NCBI GenBank assembly: GCA_964539805.1 | Contig: CAZIKN010000001.1 | Span: forward strand, 73,782 to 137,781 | From: an uncultured Saprospiraceae bacterium | GTDB taxonomy: Bacteria; Bacteroidota; Bacteroidia; Chitinophagales; Saprospiraceae | Direction of reading: 5' to 3' | Length of the DNA: 64,000 nucleotides | Shown: piece by piece, positions 55,701 through 63,356 of the stretch | Layout of the letters: every line of letters starts with the position of its first letter | Numbering within the stretch: the stretch's first letter is position 1 | The notes under the pieces: generated by a model | The model's input: only the letters and a program-made list of their open reading frames with translations | Databases searched by the model: none | What the model was told of the DNA's origin: nothing | Position numbers and translations under genes: made by a program

Positions 55701-56687
55701 AACCTGTTGGGTTTTAAGGAAATCATAGAGCTGCGTGGTGACTTGAACATCAGCCACACCCATCTGAAAAACCTGAAGGGCCTTGATTCCCTGCGGCTCA
55801 TCGGACGCAGTTTATCTGTCTTGTTTTTTAACAGTCCCGAACTAAATTCACTAAATGGGCTTAACCAACTGCGCAGCATCGGGCAAGACTTGTGGCTTTC
55901 TGACACTATAAATACATTGAAGCATCTCGATGGCCTTGACCATTTAGACAGCATTGGCAGAGACCTGACGCTTTTCCAAATGAGGGGAATAAAAAACTTT
56001 AAAGGGATGGAAAAATTGAAAACTGCTGGTATCTGGACCTACCAATGCGATGCCCTTGAAAGCTTAGAGGGCCTTGAGAACCTGGATCAGGCCACAGCCA
56101 TTGCCATGCAGGACAATACCTCTTTGAAGACCCTGAAAGGCCTGGAAAACCTAAAAACAATATCGGGCGGCCCCCTATCTCTATTACTATTGGTCAAAAA
56201 CCCGCTGCTGGACGACATTTCGTCCCTGAATCACGACATGTTTATCGAGGCCGTACAGATAGAGGACAACCCCAAATTGAGCCTTTGTGCCGTAAAAGCC
56301 ATTTGCCAGTATTTGAAAAACCATGATCCGCAATTAACCACAATTACCGACAACCTGCTGGGCTGCAATTCAACTACAGAAATTTTAGATGCCTGCACGT
56401 CCTCGACTGCCGATTTTATTCAACATTTATCCTTGAAAATTTTCCCCAACCCTGTTTCCGATAACCAGCCGCTCCAAATCACTTTGGAAAATGATTTCAC
56501 AGGCACGGTCAAATTTGACCTGTTGAGCTTGGATGGGCGGGTGTTGGCGTCGTTTTGTGAAGAAAAAACAGCGCGGGTATTAAGCGTAAGCAGGGTTTTG
56601 AATCCTGCCTATGTTGATAGCGCGGCGTTTTTCCTGCGCGTTTCGGATGGGAAAAGATCGGCTACGCAATTAGTTATAAAAATGTAA
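52746..56687 (+). CDS. T9SS cargo paralog 1: 14 FG-GAP/VCBS loops + two Cys/TP/DD modules + L-domain/LRR-like solenoid + type-A CTD
   Basis: Signal peptide ..LPVLYAQ and 14 DxDxDG-type loops (DLDDDGDTDML ... DVDGDGRLDLV). The solenoid has ~23-aa repeats (LKGLDSLRLIGRSLSV.., LNGLNQLRSIGQDLWL.., LEGLENLDQATAIAMQ..). The C-terminal LKIFPNPVSDNQPLQITL....LLSLDGRVL....FFLRVSDGKRSATQLVIKM matches the Por secretion tail pattern. Confidence 0.8.
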   Translation: MRSLFFTCLFLVHLPVLYAQFGNTPIIISRSTNASLFSVTPADLDDDGDTDMLATHENAIVYYENLDGKGTFSNDRVWMDADFQVFTSIYLRTVFQDLDADGRLDVAADRYWRKNLGGGNFAPRATAFSSSLDALCDVNGDNLPDAINHDASKIYWQRNLGNGSFAARVTIKNAASANIFEAKDLNFDGKMDFVVNQISGCFWYKNLGTNQFDTLRLLSFQPNNIKFLDIDTDGKYDVFSSAGSSIYWHELEADGKLSLIQTVTTTQFDGGALLIGDMNADGFADIFAGNTGGSANRAQYFPFIPATGRFSGTPVSHNTYLIRHGWATFTNIDNDPEPDILAATTYGFGWMKKLSPTQFSAVFNITQNLGLPKAIESSDFENDGDMDLFTNGFVLRHLGNGNYAEKARTTSSGSRTFYADLDGDERKDLARPLGDSISWRKNMGSGQYGPAVLLPGLVTSCKQIGGGDLDQDGDIDLFAANGTDAIAVNARFYWFENDGKGNFTAHLLETDIQLCSGAFSLDVNEDGKSDMVLTFFNGKATRWYPNLGNGNFDTYRPLLGNLPSPTNVNQSMVTDLDADGRLDYLYSNQITTQSKVAWFRNLGNSTFAPEQSLVTMNHQGSYATPYFAVFDATLDGLPDLIVSDNYWNRFHLVPSAGGGKFGAGKVVFDADGYGAFFGVAGHDVDGDGRLDLVFGNRTESINTQGFYQLSWLGNLHPKPVVPFSVHEKSATCSDNQTPANANDDFLTISLKIKGLDNSSTRFVVTDLNNNTVVDTFDYDKNISFVLPPGSAGDGVLKKFKLQDLLVKDSFLVLTFESGSPCSVSAPTEISLLNFRVECRDNNTPNNAKDDKLVIWFTPRIINPPVASTQFNINSNLGWPIDTAKFNPSGKYNQENYFELPDGSAAVEGKLILTIQDSKNLTIIKHFLSKVPGTCSGAPLPCPFSVNYHSQTEIDSFPIKYPGCRVLEGDLTLNEVLPAADAPSIENLLGFKEIIELRGDLNISHTHLKNLKGLDSLRLIGRSLSVLFFNSPELNSLNGLNQLRSIGQDLWLSDTINTLKHLDGLDHLDSIGRDLTLFQMRGIKNFKGMEKLKTAGIWTYQCDALESLEGLENLDQATAIAMQDNTSLKTLKGLENLKTISGGPLSLLLLVKNPLLDDISSLNHDMFIEAVQIEDNPKLSLCAVKAICQYLKNHDPQLTTITDNLLGCNSTTEILDACTSSTADFIQHLSLKIFPNPVSDNQPLQITLENDFTGTVKFDLLSLDGRVLASFCEEKTARVLSVSRVLNPAYVDSAAFFLRVSDGKRSATQLVIKM

Positions 56688-56740
56688 GAAGTTGAAAAAC
56701 AAAAATTTAACACAATGCGAATATCAATTTGCCTATTCTT
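56349..56740 (+). repeat. junction block copy 1 (3' CTD coding + stop + 27-nt spacer + first 26 nt of the next gene)
   Basis: Hand alignment with 60495-60886 at a constant offset of 4146 nt. There are no indels and I count 7 mismatches in 392 positions. Confidence 0.9.
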
Positions 56741-59700
56741 GACCTGTTTTTTTGTTGTACCCATACAATATTTATACGCCCAATTCGGTAATACGCCCCA
56801 AGTACTCACCCAAAGCACCAACGCCAACCAACTCGGCATTTGGACCGCTGACCTTGATAGCGACGGAGATACCGACTTACTGAGTGCGCAATTAAACAGC
56901 TTGATCTGGTATAAAAATGACGGAACGGGCAACTTCTCGAATGACCTCGAGATCATGACCGCCGACATGTCCAATTCCATCGGTTTTCTTACCGGGGCTT
57001 TTGAAGATATCAACACTGACGGACTACCCGATCTTGTTTTCGACCGCGCCTGGCGGCGCAACCTTGGTAACGGTCAGTTCGCTCCACAGGCCACAATCCT
57101 GACCAATACGCTGGCTACATTGTGTGATGTAAACTCGGATGGATTGCCTGACGCCATCACCATAGAATATACCAAATTTTATTGGCAGCGCAACCTCGGC
57201 AATGGCAGCTTTGCCACCCGCCAAACGTTGCGCATAGTAAACGGTGCAGATGTTTACAACCTTAAAGTTGATTTGGATGCCGACGGGCGGCAGGACTTTT
57301 TTGCGCGGCACAACAATGCTTTTTTCTGGTATAAAAACAGGGGAAACAGCCAGTTTGACACCGTCCGGCTGCTCTCCACCTTCCCTGGGGCCGTGTCGGC
57401 CACCGATGTTGAAGGCAACGGCAAAACCGATCTTCTGCTTGGCACTGGCGGACAACTTTTGTGGTATGAATACGATGCAGCAGGGAAGCCAACGCTTCGG
57501 CAAACCTTAACTCAATATTACAGCGGAGAAATCAGTTTCGGCGACCTCGATGCCGACGGCGATCGAGACCTTTTTGTGGGCAGTGTGGGCACGGTGAACG
57601 GGCATCGAGCCAAATATTTCACCTTCGACTCTTCTAAAGGACTGTTTGATCTTGCACCGAAAAACCACAACATTTACCTGAACGACCACTATTACGCAGA
57701 GGTTCTGGATGTAAACGGCGATACCCAACCCGATATTTTGGTCGGTGATGTTGGCGGTGGCAGGCAGCTGGGTTGGTTGAAAAACCTCGCACCGGGCAGT
57801 TTCTCCAATTTTAACAACATCAACCGCAAATTCGACTTGCCCTACGAAATAGAAATTGCCGACCTCGAAAACGACGGCGACATGGATATTTTTACCGTAG
57901 GCATCGTGCTCGAAAACCTCGGCGGCGGCCAATATGCCGAAAAACGCCCCGCAACACCCAGTTCAGGCAGCCGCGCCTTCTCCGGTGACCTCGACGGTGA
58001 TGGGCTGAAAGATTTGGCTTTGCCGCTCGGAGACTCCATTTCCTGGCGAAAAGGCTTGGGCAATGGCCAATTTTCAGCACCCAAACTCCTCCCTGGCCTT
58101 GTCACCTCCTGTAAACAAGTAGGAGGAGCTGACCTCGACAATGACGGAGACCTCGATCTTTTTGCCGCCAACGGAACCGATGCGGTGGTGGCAAACGCCC
58201 GATTTTATTGGTTTGAAAATGATGGAAAAGGCAACTTCAAAGGACATTTGCTCGAAACAGGCCTTCAGTTTTGCGCCGCAGCCCTCGCTTTGGATGCCAA
58301 TGAGGACGGACTTATGGACATAGGGCTGTTGTTTTTCAATGGGTATTCACCACGTTTATACCTTAATTTAGGCAAAGGAAATTTCGCGCCGCCAACGGGT
58401 TTGTTTCCCGCCGGAACACCCTCACCAAATAATGTAAATCAGGATTTGCTGACGGATCTGGACGGTGACGGGCGGCTGGACTATGTTTATTGCACCCGCG
58501 ATTGGGGGCTAACCAAAGTGGCTTGGTACCAAAATTTGGGCGCGGCAGGCTTCAGCGCGGAAAAATCACTGGCGACCATGGCGCATCAAGCGGTTTATGC
58601 CGTGCCGCGTTTTTGTGTGTTTGATGCCAATTTGGATGGCATCACCGACGTGGTGGTAAGCGACAATTATTGGAACCGCTTTTTATTTGTCAAAGGTCTG
58701 GGCAACAGTGCATTTGCCTCTGCCACAACCGTTTATGATGAGCCTAACTTCGGAAATTTTTACGGCGTAGCCGCGCATGACGTTGACGGTGACGGGAAAT
58801 TGGACATCGTTTACGGCTCCGACACCGATTACCTTGGCAATTTCAATGGCTACAACCGTCTTTCGTGGCTGAAAAACCTGCATCCAACTCCTGCTCCAGG
58901 GCTGCAAATAGCCTTCAATTCAAGCAGTTGCTACGACAATGATACCCCGCTTGATGCCACCGACGACAGTCAGGTTTTGAATTTCAAAGTTGTACCTATT
59001 GGCAATGCAATGGCTTCCAACCAATATGTTTTGTTCAAAGAGAGCAGCCCGACACCGCTTGACACCTTTTCTTATAATGTCTTGACAAATTATGCCCTAT
59101 CACCTGGTTCGGCAGGTTTTTCCATTTTCGAGGCGTACTCGTTCCGTGATTTGGCAAATCCTGATTTGAAAAAAGTATTTTACCCGGTTAGCGTGGGCAA
59201 TTGTTCGCCCGCCGCACCGCCCGGAATCGGGATCCATACCTTAAAAACTTCCTGCGACGATACCGGAACCCCCGCTGATCCAACCGACGATCGTGTCCGA
59301 ATCGAGGTCAGCGCAGGGTTATACAACGGCTTGCCTGGACAAAATTATTACACAATCTATGCTAACCTCGGTTTACCAGCCAACATTTTTGACGAAACGA
59401 ACATCGGGTTTTACACTTTCCCGGAAGTGTTTTTGTTGCCAGAAGGCAGTGCCACCGTACCGGGGAAACTGCATTTGACCTTGCGCCACCAGTTGGACAC
59501 AAGCGTTATCAAACACTTGTTTATTGAAAATCCCGGAACCTGTGCCACTACACCGCCACCTTGTCCAAGAGATATTTTGTACACCAAACAAAGCCAGATT
59601 GACCTTTTCCCGCTGACTTACCCAACTTGTCGGATCATAGAAGGTTCGGTAATTTTAAAACAAAGTACGCTCCCGGGGGCTGTGCCAATCAAAAACCTGG

Positions 59701-60833
59701 ACGGTTTTGCAAACCTTGACATCATCCGGGGTAACCTGGAAATAGAAAGAACACAACTTCAAGATTTACAGGGTTTTCAACATTTGGACTCACTCGGCGG
59801 CAATTTTTTCTTGTATGAAAACCCGGGTTTGCAACGCTTGCAAGGCATAAATAGCCTAAAATCGGTAGGCGGCAGTATTTGGATAAGCAACGCGCCTATC
59901 TTGGAGAACCTAAATGGATTAGATGCCTTAAAGCATCTCGGAATCGGACTTAGCCTGCAAAGTCTGCCTGCTTTGAAGTCATTGGATGCCCTACAAAACC
60001 TGACCAATGTACCCGGTTCGCTTTGGATAACAGGCTGCGATGCCTTAGCTTCACTGACAGGCTTGCAACATTTGGAAAACATAGGTACGGCAGGCGATCC
60101 CTTTTCTGGCCAAATAGTTATTGCCGACTGTCCTTTGTTGGAAAATTTGACTGGTTTGGAAAAATTAAAATCCATCTCCGCACTGCTTTTGCAAAAAAAC
60201 ACTGGCTTGAAAAATCTCTCCGGAGTGGTCAATCTGGATACTATTCGCTTGGATATCAGGCTATTTGACAATCCTTTACTCGATAATATGGATGCGCTGG
60301 CAAGCATAAAATCAGCCAAATTGGAAAACCTTTTGCTCCGAAACAATGATGCGCTCACCAACCTCAACAGCCTCAAAAATATGGATTTTTCGAGGCTCCA
60401 AAATCTTGAAATCACCAATTCAGAGCTGCTTTCGGGCTGTGTACAGGCCAATATCTGTGCCTATCTGGGCAGCGGTGGCAAAGCAACCGTGAGCGACAAC
60501 CTGCTGGGCTGCAATTCAACTACAGAAATTTTAGATGCCTGCACGTCCTCGACTGCCGATTTTATTCAACATTTATCCTTGAAAATTTTCCCCAACCCTG
60601 TTTCCGATAACCAGCCGCTCCAAATCACTTTGGAAAATGATTTCACCGGCACGGTCAAATTTGACCTGTTGAGCTTGGATGGGCGGGTGTTGGCGTCGTT
60701 TGGGGAAGAAAAAACAGCGCGGGTATTAAACGTAAGCAGGGTTTTGAATCCTGCCTATGTTGATGGCGCGGCGTTTTTCCTGCGCGTTTCGGATGGAAAA
60801 AGATCGGCTACGCAATTAGTTATAAAAATGTAA
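56715..60833 (+). CDS. T9SS cargo paralog 2 (same architecture as paralog 1, longer solenoid)
   Basis: Signal peptide ..IQYLYAQ and 14 DxDxDG loops (DLDSDGDTDLL ... DVDGDGKLDIV). The solenoid runs from CRIIEGSVIL through ..LEITNSELLSGC. The type-A CTD is nearly identical to that of paralog 1. Confidence 0.8.
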   Translation: MRISICLFLTCFFVVPIQYLYAQFGNTPQVLTQSTNANQLGIWTADLDSDGDTDLLSAQLNSLIWYKNDGTGNFSNDLEIMTADMSNSIGFLTGAFEDINTDGLPDLVFDRAWRRNLGNGQFAPQATILTNTLATLCDVNSDGLPDAITIEYTKFYWQRNLGNGSFATRQTLRIVNGADVYNLKVDLDADGRQDFFARHNNAFFWYKNRGNSQFDTVRLLSTFPGAVSATDVEGNGKTDLLLGTGGQLLWYEYDAAGKPTLRQTLTQYYSGEISFGDLDADGDRDLFVGSVGTVNGHRAKYFTFDSSKGLFDLAPKNHNIYLNDHYYAEVLDVNGDTQPDILVGDVGGGRQLGWLKNLAPGSFSNFNNINRKFDLPYEIEIADLENDGDMDIFTVGIVLENLGGGQYAEKRPATPSSGSRAFSGDLDGDGLKDLALPLGDSISWRKGLGNGQFSAPKLLPGLVTSCKQVGGADLDNDGDLDLFAANGTDAVVANARFYWFENDGKGNFKGHLLETGLQFCAAALALDANEDGLMDIGLLFFNGYSPRLYLNLGKGNFAPPTGLFPAGTPSPNNVNQDLLTDLDGDGRLDYVYCTRDWGLTKVAWYQNLGAAGFSAEKSLATMAHQAVYAVPRFCVFDANLDGITDVVVSDNYWNRFLFVKGLGNSAFASATTVYDEPNFGNFYGVAAHDVDGDGKLDIVYGSDTDYLGNFNGYNRLSWLKNLHPTPAPGLQIAFNSSSCYDNDTPLDATDDSQVLNFKVVPIGNAMASNQYVLFKESSPTPLDTFSYNVLTNYALSPGSAGFSIFEAYSFRDLANPDLKKVFYPVSVGNCSPAAPPGIGIHTLKTSCDDTGTPADPTDDRVRIEVSAGLYNGLPGQNYYTIYANLGLPANIFDETNIGFYTFPEVFLLPEGSATVPGKLHLTLRHQLDTSVIKHLFIENPGTCATTPPPCPRDILYTKQSQIDLFPLTYPTCRIIEGSVILKQSTLPGAVPIKNLDGFANLDIIRGNLEIERTQLQDLQGFQHLDSLGGNFFLYENPGLQRLQGINSLKSVGGSIWISNAPILENLNGLDALKHLGIGLSLQSLPALKSLDALQNLTNVPGSLWITGCDALASLTGLQHLENIGTAGDPFSGQIVIADCPLLENLTGLEKLKSISALLLQKNTGLKNLSGVVNLDTIRLDIRLFDNPLLDNMDALASIKSAKLENLLLRNNDALTNLNSLKNMDFSRLQNLEITNSELLSGCVQANICAYLGSGGKATVSDNLLGCNSTTEILDACTSSTADFIQHLSLKIFPNPVSDNQPLQITLENDFTGTVKFDLLSLDGRVLASFGEEKTARVLNVSRVLNPAYVDGAAFFLRVSDGKRSATQLVIKM

Positions 60834-60886
60834 GAAGTTGAAAAACAAAAATTTAACACAATGCGAATATCAATTTGCCTATTTTT
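60495..60886 (+). repeat. junction block copy 2
   Basis: See 56349-56740. It includes the identical spacer GAAGTTGAAAAACAAAAATTTAACACA and the ATGCGAATATCAATTTGCCTATT start of the following gene. Confidence 0.9.
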
Positions 60887-63317
60887 ACTCATTAATTTTT
60901 GCACAAAAACTGAAGCCCAATTTTCGTCAACAATCCAAAACCTGACGGAGTACAGCAGCGCAAAAATGCACGGTATTTCGCTCCATGACCTCGATGCGGA
61001 CGGCGATTTGGACATCCTGGCGACGTTCCCGGACGGTGTGATCTTGTTGGAAAACAAAAGCGCAGCTAATTTTTCAGGTGAAAAAAATCAGTTTGTTTTT
61101 GATCTGCCGCTGACGGGCGGGCGCAGGCCGGCGCGTTTTGCCGATTTGGACGGCGATACACTGCCTGATTTGGCGGTCAATAAATCGTGGCGAAAAAATG
61201 TAGGCAAGGGACAATTCTCCACGCCTGTCGAAGTTTTTAAAAATCCGCTCGCCGCGCTATGCGATGTGGACGGCGACGGTTTTCCCGATGCAATCCACCA
61301 TAATGCAAGCAATCTTTTTTGGCAAAAAAACACCCAAAACGGCACGTTTTCTCCTTTTTCAACCAATATCGGTTCGGGTGCAAACTGGCAGCTTTGGGCC
61401 GTGGCAGACCTCAATTCCGATGGGTTTCAGGATTTAGTTTTGAGCCGGAATTTCCGGTTTTATTGGTACAAAAATTTGAAAAACGGCACTTTCGAGGGCA
61501 TTCAACTTGACGCAAGTTTCCCAAAAGAGGCCATCACCGAAGACTTGGACGGTGACGGGCGGGTGGATTTGCTGGCTGGTTTTGGCAATCAAATACGCTG
61601 GCTGAAATTCGATTCGCTTGGGGCCTGGACGCTGCATCAGGCCATTACGGTTTCGACATTTCAGGGCGGGCTGGCGGTCGGTGATTCGGACGGCGACGGC
61701 GACCGGGATTTGGTGGCCGGCGATTTAAGCGACAACTCTAACAGCCGTCTGCGCTGGTTTTTGATGCAGCCAAACGGACTGTTTTCGACCACCGCAACGG
61801 GCGGTATCGCGGCTTACCCTGATGGCTACAACCTGAATATTTGTGCGCTTGGCGACCTCAATGGGAACGGGGAAATTGACCTCGCTGTCGGCTCATCCAT
61901 CAAAGAAAATGGCGTATCTATCTCGTTTAATGGTTCTATTGCAGGGAGTTTTCAACCGTTGGTTTTGGCGGGCTTACCAATCGGAAACATCCGTCAAATA
62001 CATTCAGTGGACCTGGATTTGGACGGCGACAGCGACCTGGTGGCCGCCAATTTTCTGCTTGAACGTACTGGAATCGGGCAACTTGCTCCGCGCCGGCGAC
62101 TCAATATGCCCAACCAAAAAGTGCAATTTGCTGACCTTAACGGCGATACCTTGCCCGATGCAGTTTATCCCTTTGGCAACTCAATTGCATGGCAACGGAA
62201 CCTGGGAAATTTTCAATTTGACACCCAAATCAAACTCGACGAACTCATTTTTTTGGCTAAAGACGTGGGCATTTCCGACCTTGACAACGACGGCGACCTC
62301 GACCTTTTTGCGGCCTGTGGAACCGACGCGCCGAATGGAACCGCCGTTGCCCGTTGGTACAAAAACGATGGTGCAGGCCATTTTTCGGGATTCGAATTGG
62401 GGCAGGGCATCAAATTTTGTAATAATGTATTTCCACTTGATTTCAATGAAGATGGGCGAATGGATCTCGTTTTCATGCGCGGCGCGCCCGATTCTGACCT
62501 ATGGTTTAAAAATTGGGGCGGAGGAAATTTTTCGACGGCTCAAAATTTTTGGGCTGCCGGAACCCTCGAACCTGACGGCAATTTGAACCAAAAAATGCTC
62601 ATTGACCTCAACAGCGATGGCCGCTCCGATCTCATTTGCTGCACCCGCGATTACGGCATCGTGTCGGTTTATTGGTACCAGAATCTGGGCGATGGCGCGT
62701 TTTCAGACCGAAAAATCTTGCTGAACATCAGTCAGAATGCTTCAGCAGGCGGGCTGTTTTTCACTGTTTTGGATACGGATGGCGATAATAGATTGGATGT
62801 AGTGGTATCACAGGATTATGCCAGAAAAATTGTGTTTTTGAAAAACCTTGGCAACGGCGTTTTTGCGTCAGCGAAAGATGTTGTGGATGACCCGAGCGGT
62901 TTTAGTGGTTTTGATGCAATTTCAAATTACGATGTGGACGGCGACGGTCGGCTCGACCTCGTTTTTGGCAATGCCAACGCACAAAACGGGGGCAAAAACG
63001 CGCTTTCGTGGCTCGGTGGCACGGGTTTAAGTTTCGGTTTTGAACCTTTTCAAAACACTGATTTTCAAGTATTTCCGAATCCTGTTTCCGAAGGTCAGCC
63101 GCTCCAAATCACTTTGGAAAATGATTTCACCGGCACGGTCAAATTTGAGGTATTGAGCTTGGATGGGCGGGTGTTGGCGGCGTTTGGGGAAGAAAAAACA
63201 GCGCGGGTATTAAACGTAAGCAGGGTTTTGAATCCTGCCTATGTTGATCGCGCGGCGTTTTTCCTGCGCGTTTCGGATGGGAAAAGATCGGCTACGCGTT
63301 TGGTCATCACATATTAA
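60861..63317 (+). CDS. T9SS cargo paralog 3: 14 FG-GAP/VCBS loops joined directly to the type-A CTD (no solenoid)
   Basis: The signal peptide MRISICLFLL.. shares its first 8 codons with paralog 2. There are 14 DxDxDG loops (DLDADGDLDIL ... DVDGDGRLDLV). The CTD is FQVFPNPVSEGQPLQITLENDFTGTVKFEVLSLDGRVL...RLVITY. Confidence 0.8.
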   Translation: MRISICLFLLINFCTKTEAQFSSTIQNLTEYSSAKMHGISLHDLDADGDLDILATFPDGVILLENKSAANFSGEKNQFVFDLPLTGGRRPARFADLDGDTLPDLAVNKSWRKNVGKGQFSTPVEVFKNPLAALCDVDGDGFPDAIHHNASNLFWQKNTQNGTFSPFSTNIGSGANWQLWAVADLNSDGFQDLVLSRNFRFYWYKNLKNGTFEGIQLDASFPKEAITEDLDGDGRVDLLAGFGNQIRWLKFDSLGAWTLHQAITVSTFQGGLAVGDSDGDGDRDLVAGDLSDNSNSRLRWFLMQPNGLFSTTATGGIAAYPDGYNLNICALGDLNGNGEIDLAVGSSIKENGVSISFNGSIAGSFQPLVLAGLPIGNIRQIHSVDLDLDGDSDLVAANFLLERTGIGQLAPRRRLNMPNQKVQFADLNGDTLPDAVYPFGNSIAWQRNLGNFQFDTQIKLDELIFLAKDVGISDLDNDGDLDLFAACGTDAPNGTAVARWYKNDGAGHFSGFELGQGIKFCNNVFPLDFNEDGRMDLVFMRGAPDSDLWFKNWGGGNFSTAQNFWAAGTLEPDGNLNQKMLIDLNSDGRSDLICCTRDYGIVSVYWYQNLGDGAFSDRKILLNISQNASAGGLFFTVLDTDGDNRLDVVVSQDYARKIVFLKNLGNGVFASAKDVVDDPSGFSGFDAISNYDVDGDGRLDLVFGNANAQNGGKNALSWLGGTGLSFGFEPFQNTDFQVFPNPVSEGQPLQITLENDFTGTVKFEVLSLDGRVLAAFGEEKTARVLNVSRVLNPAYVDRAAFFLRVSDGKRSATRLVITY
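63096..63297 (+). repeat. partial third copy of the CTD block
   Basis: Aligns without indels to 60612-60813 (offset 2484) with a handful of mismatches. Similarity stops before the stop codon, so this copy lacks the spacer and signal-peptide part. Confidence 0.85.
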
Positions 63318-63356
63318 CATCCCCCCGGATATCACTTTTTCAACAAAGAATAAAAA

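Noticed and set aside
56609-57061. Minus-strand ORFs at 56609-57061 and 60755-61057 sharing an identical C-terminal peptide
   Set aside because: The shared peptide is just the antisense reading of the duplicated junction block. It is not evidence for a gene.
59777-60451. 224-aa minus-strand ORF, and the 247-aa plus-strand ORF at 61843-62586
   Set aside because: They are antisense to, or out of frame within, the repeat-rich paralog genes. Long open frames are expected there from the periodic composition.
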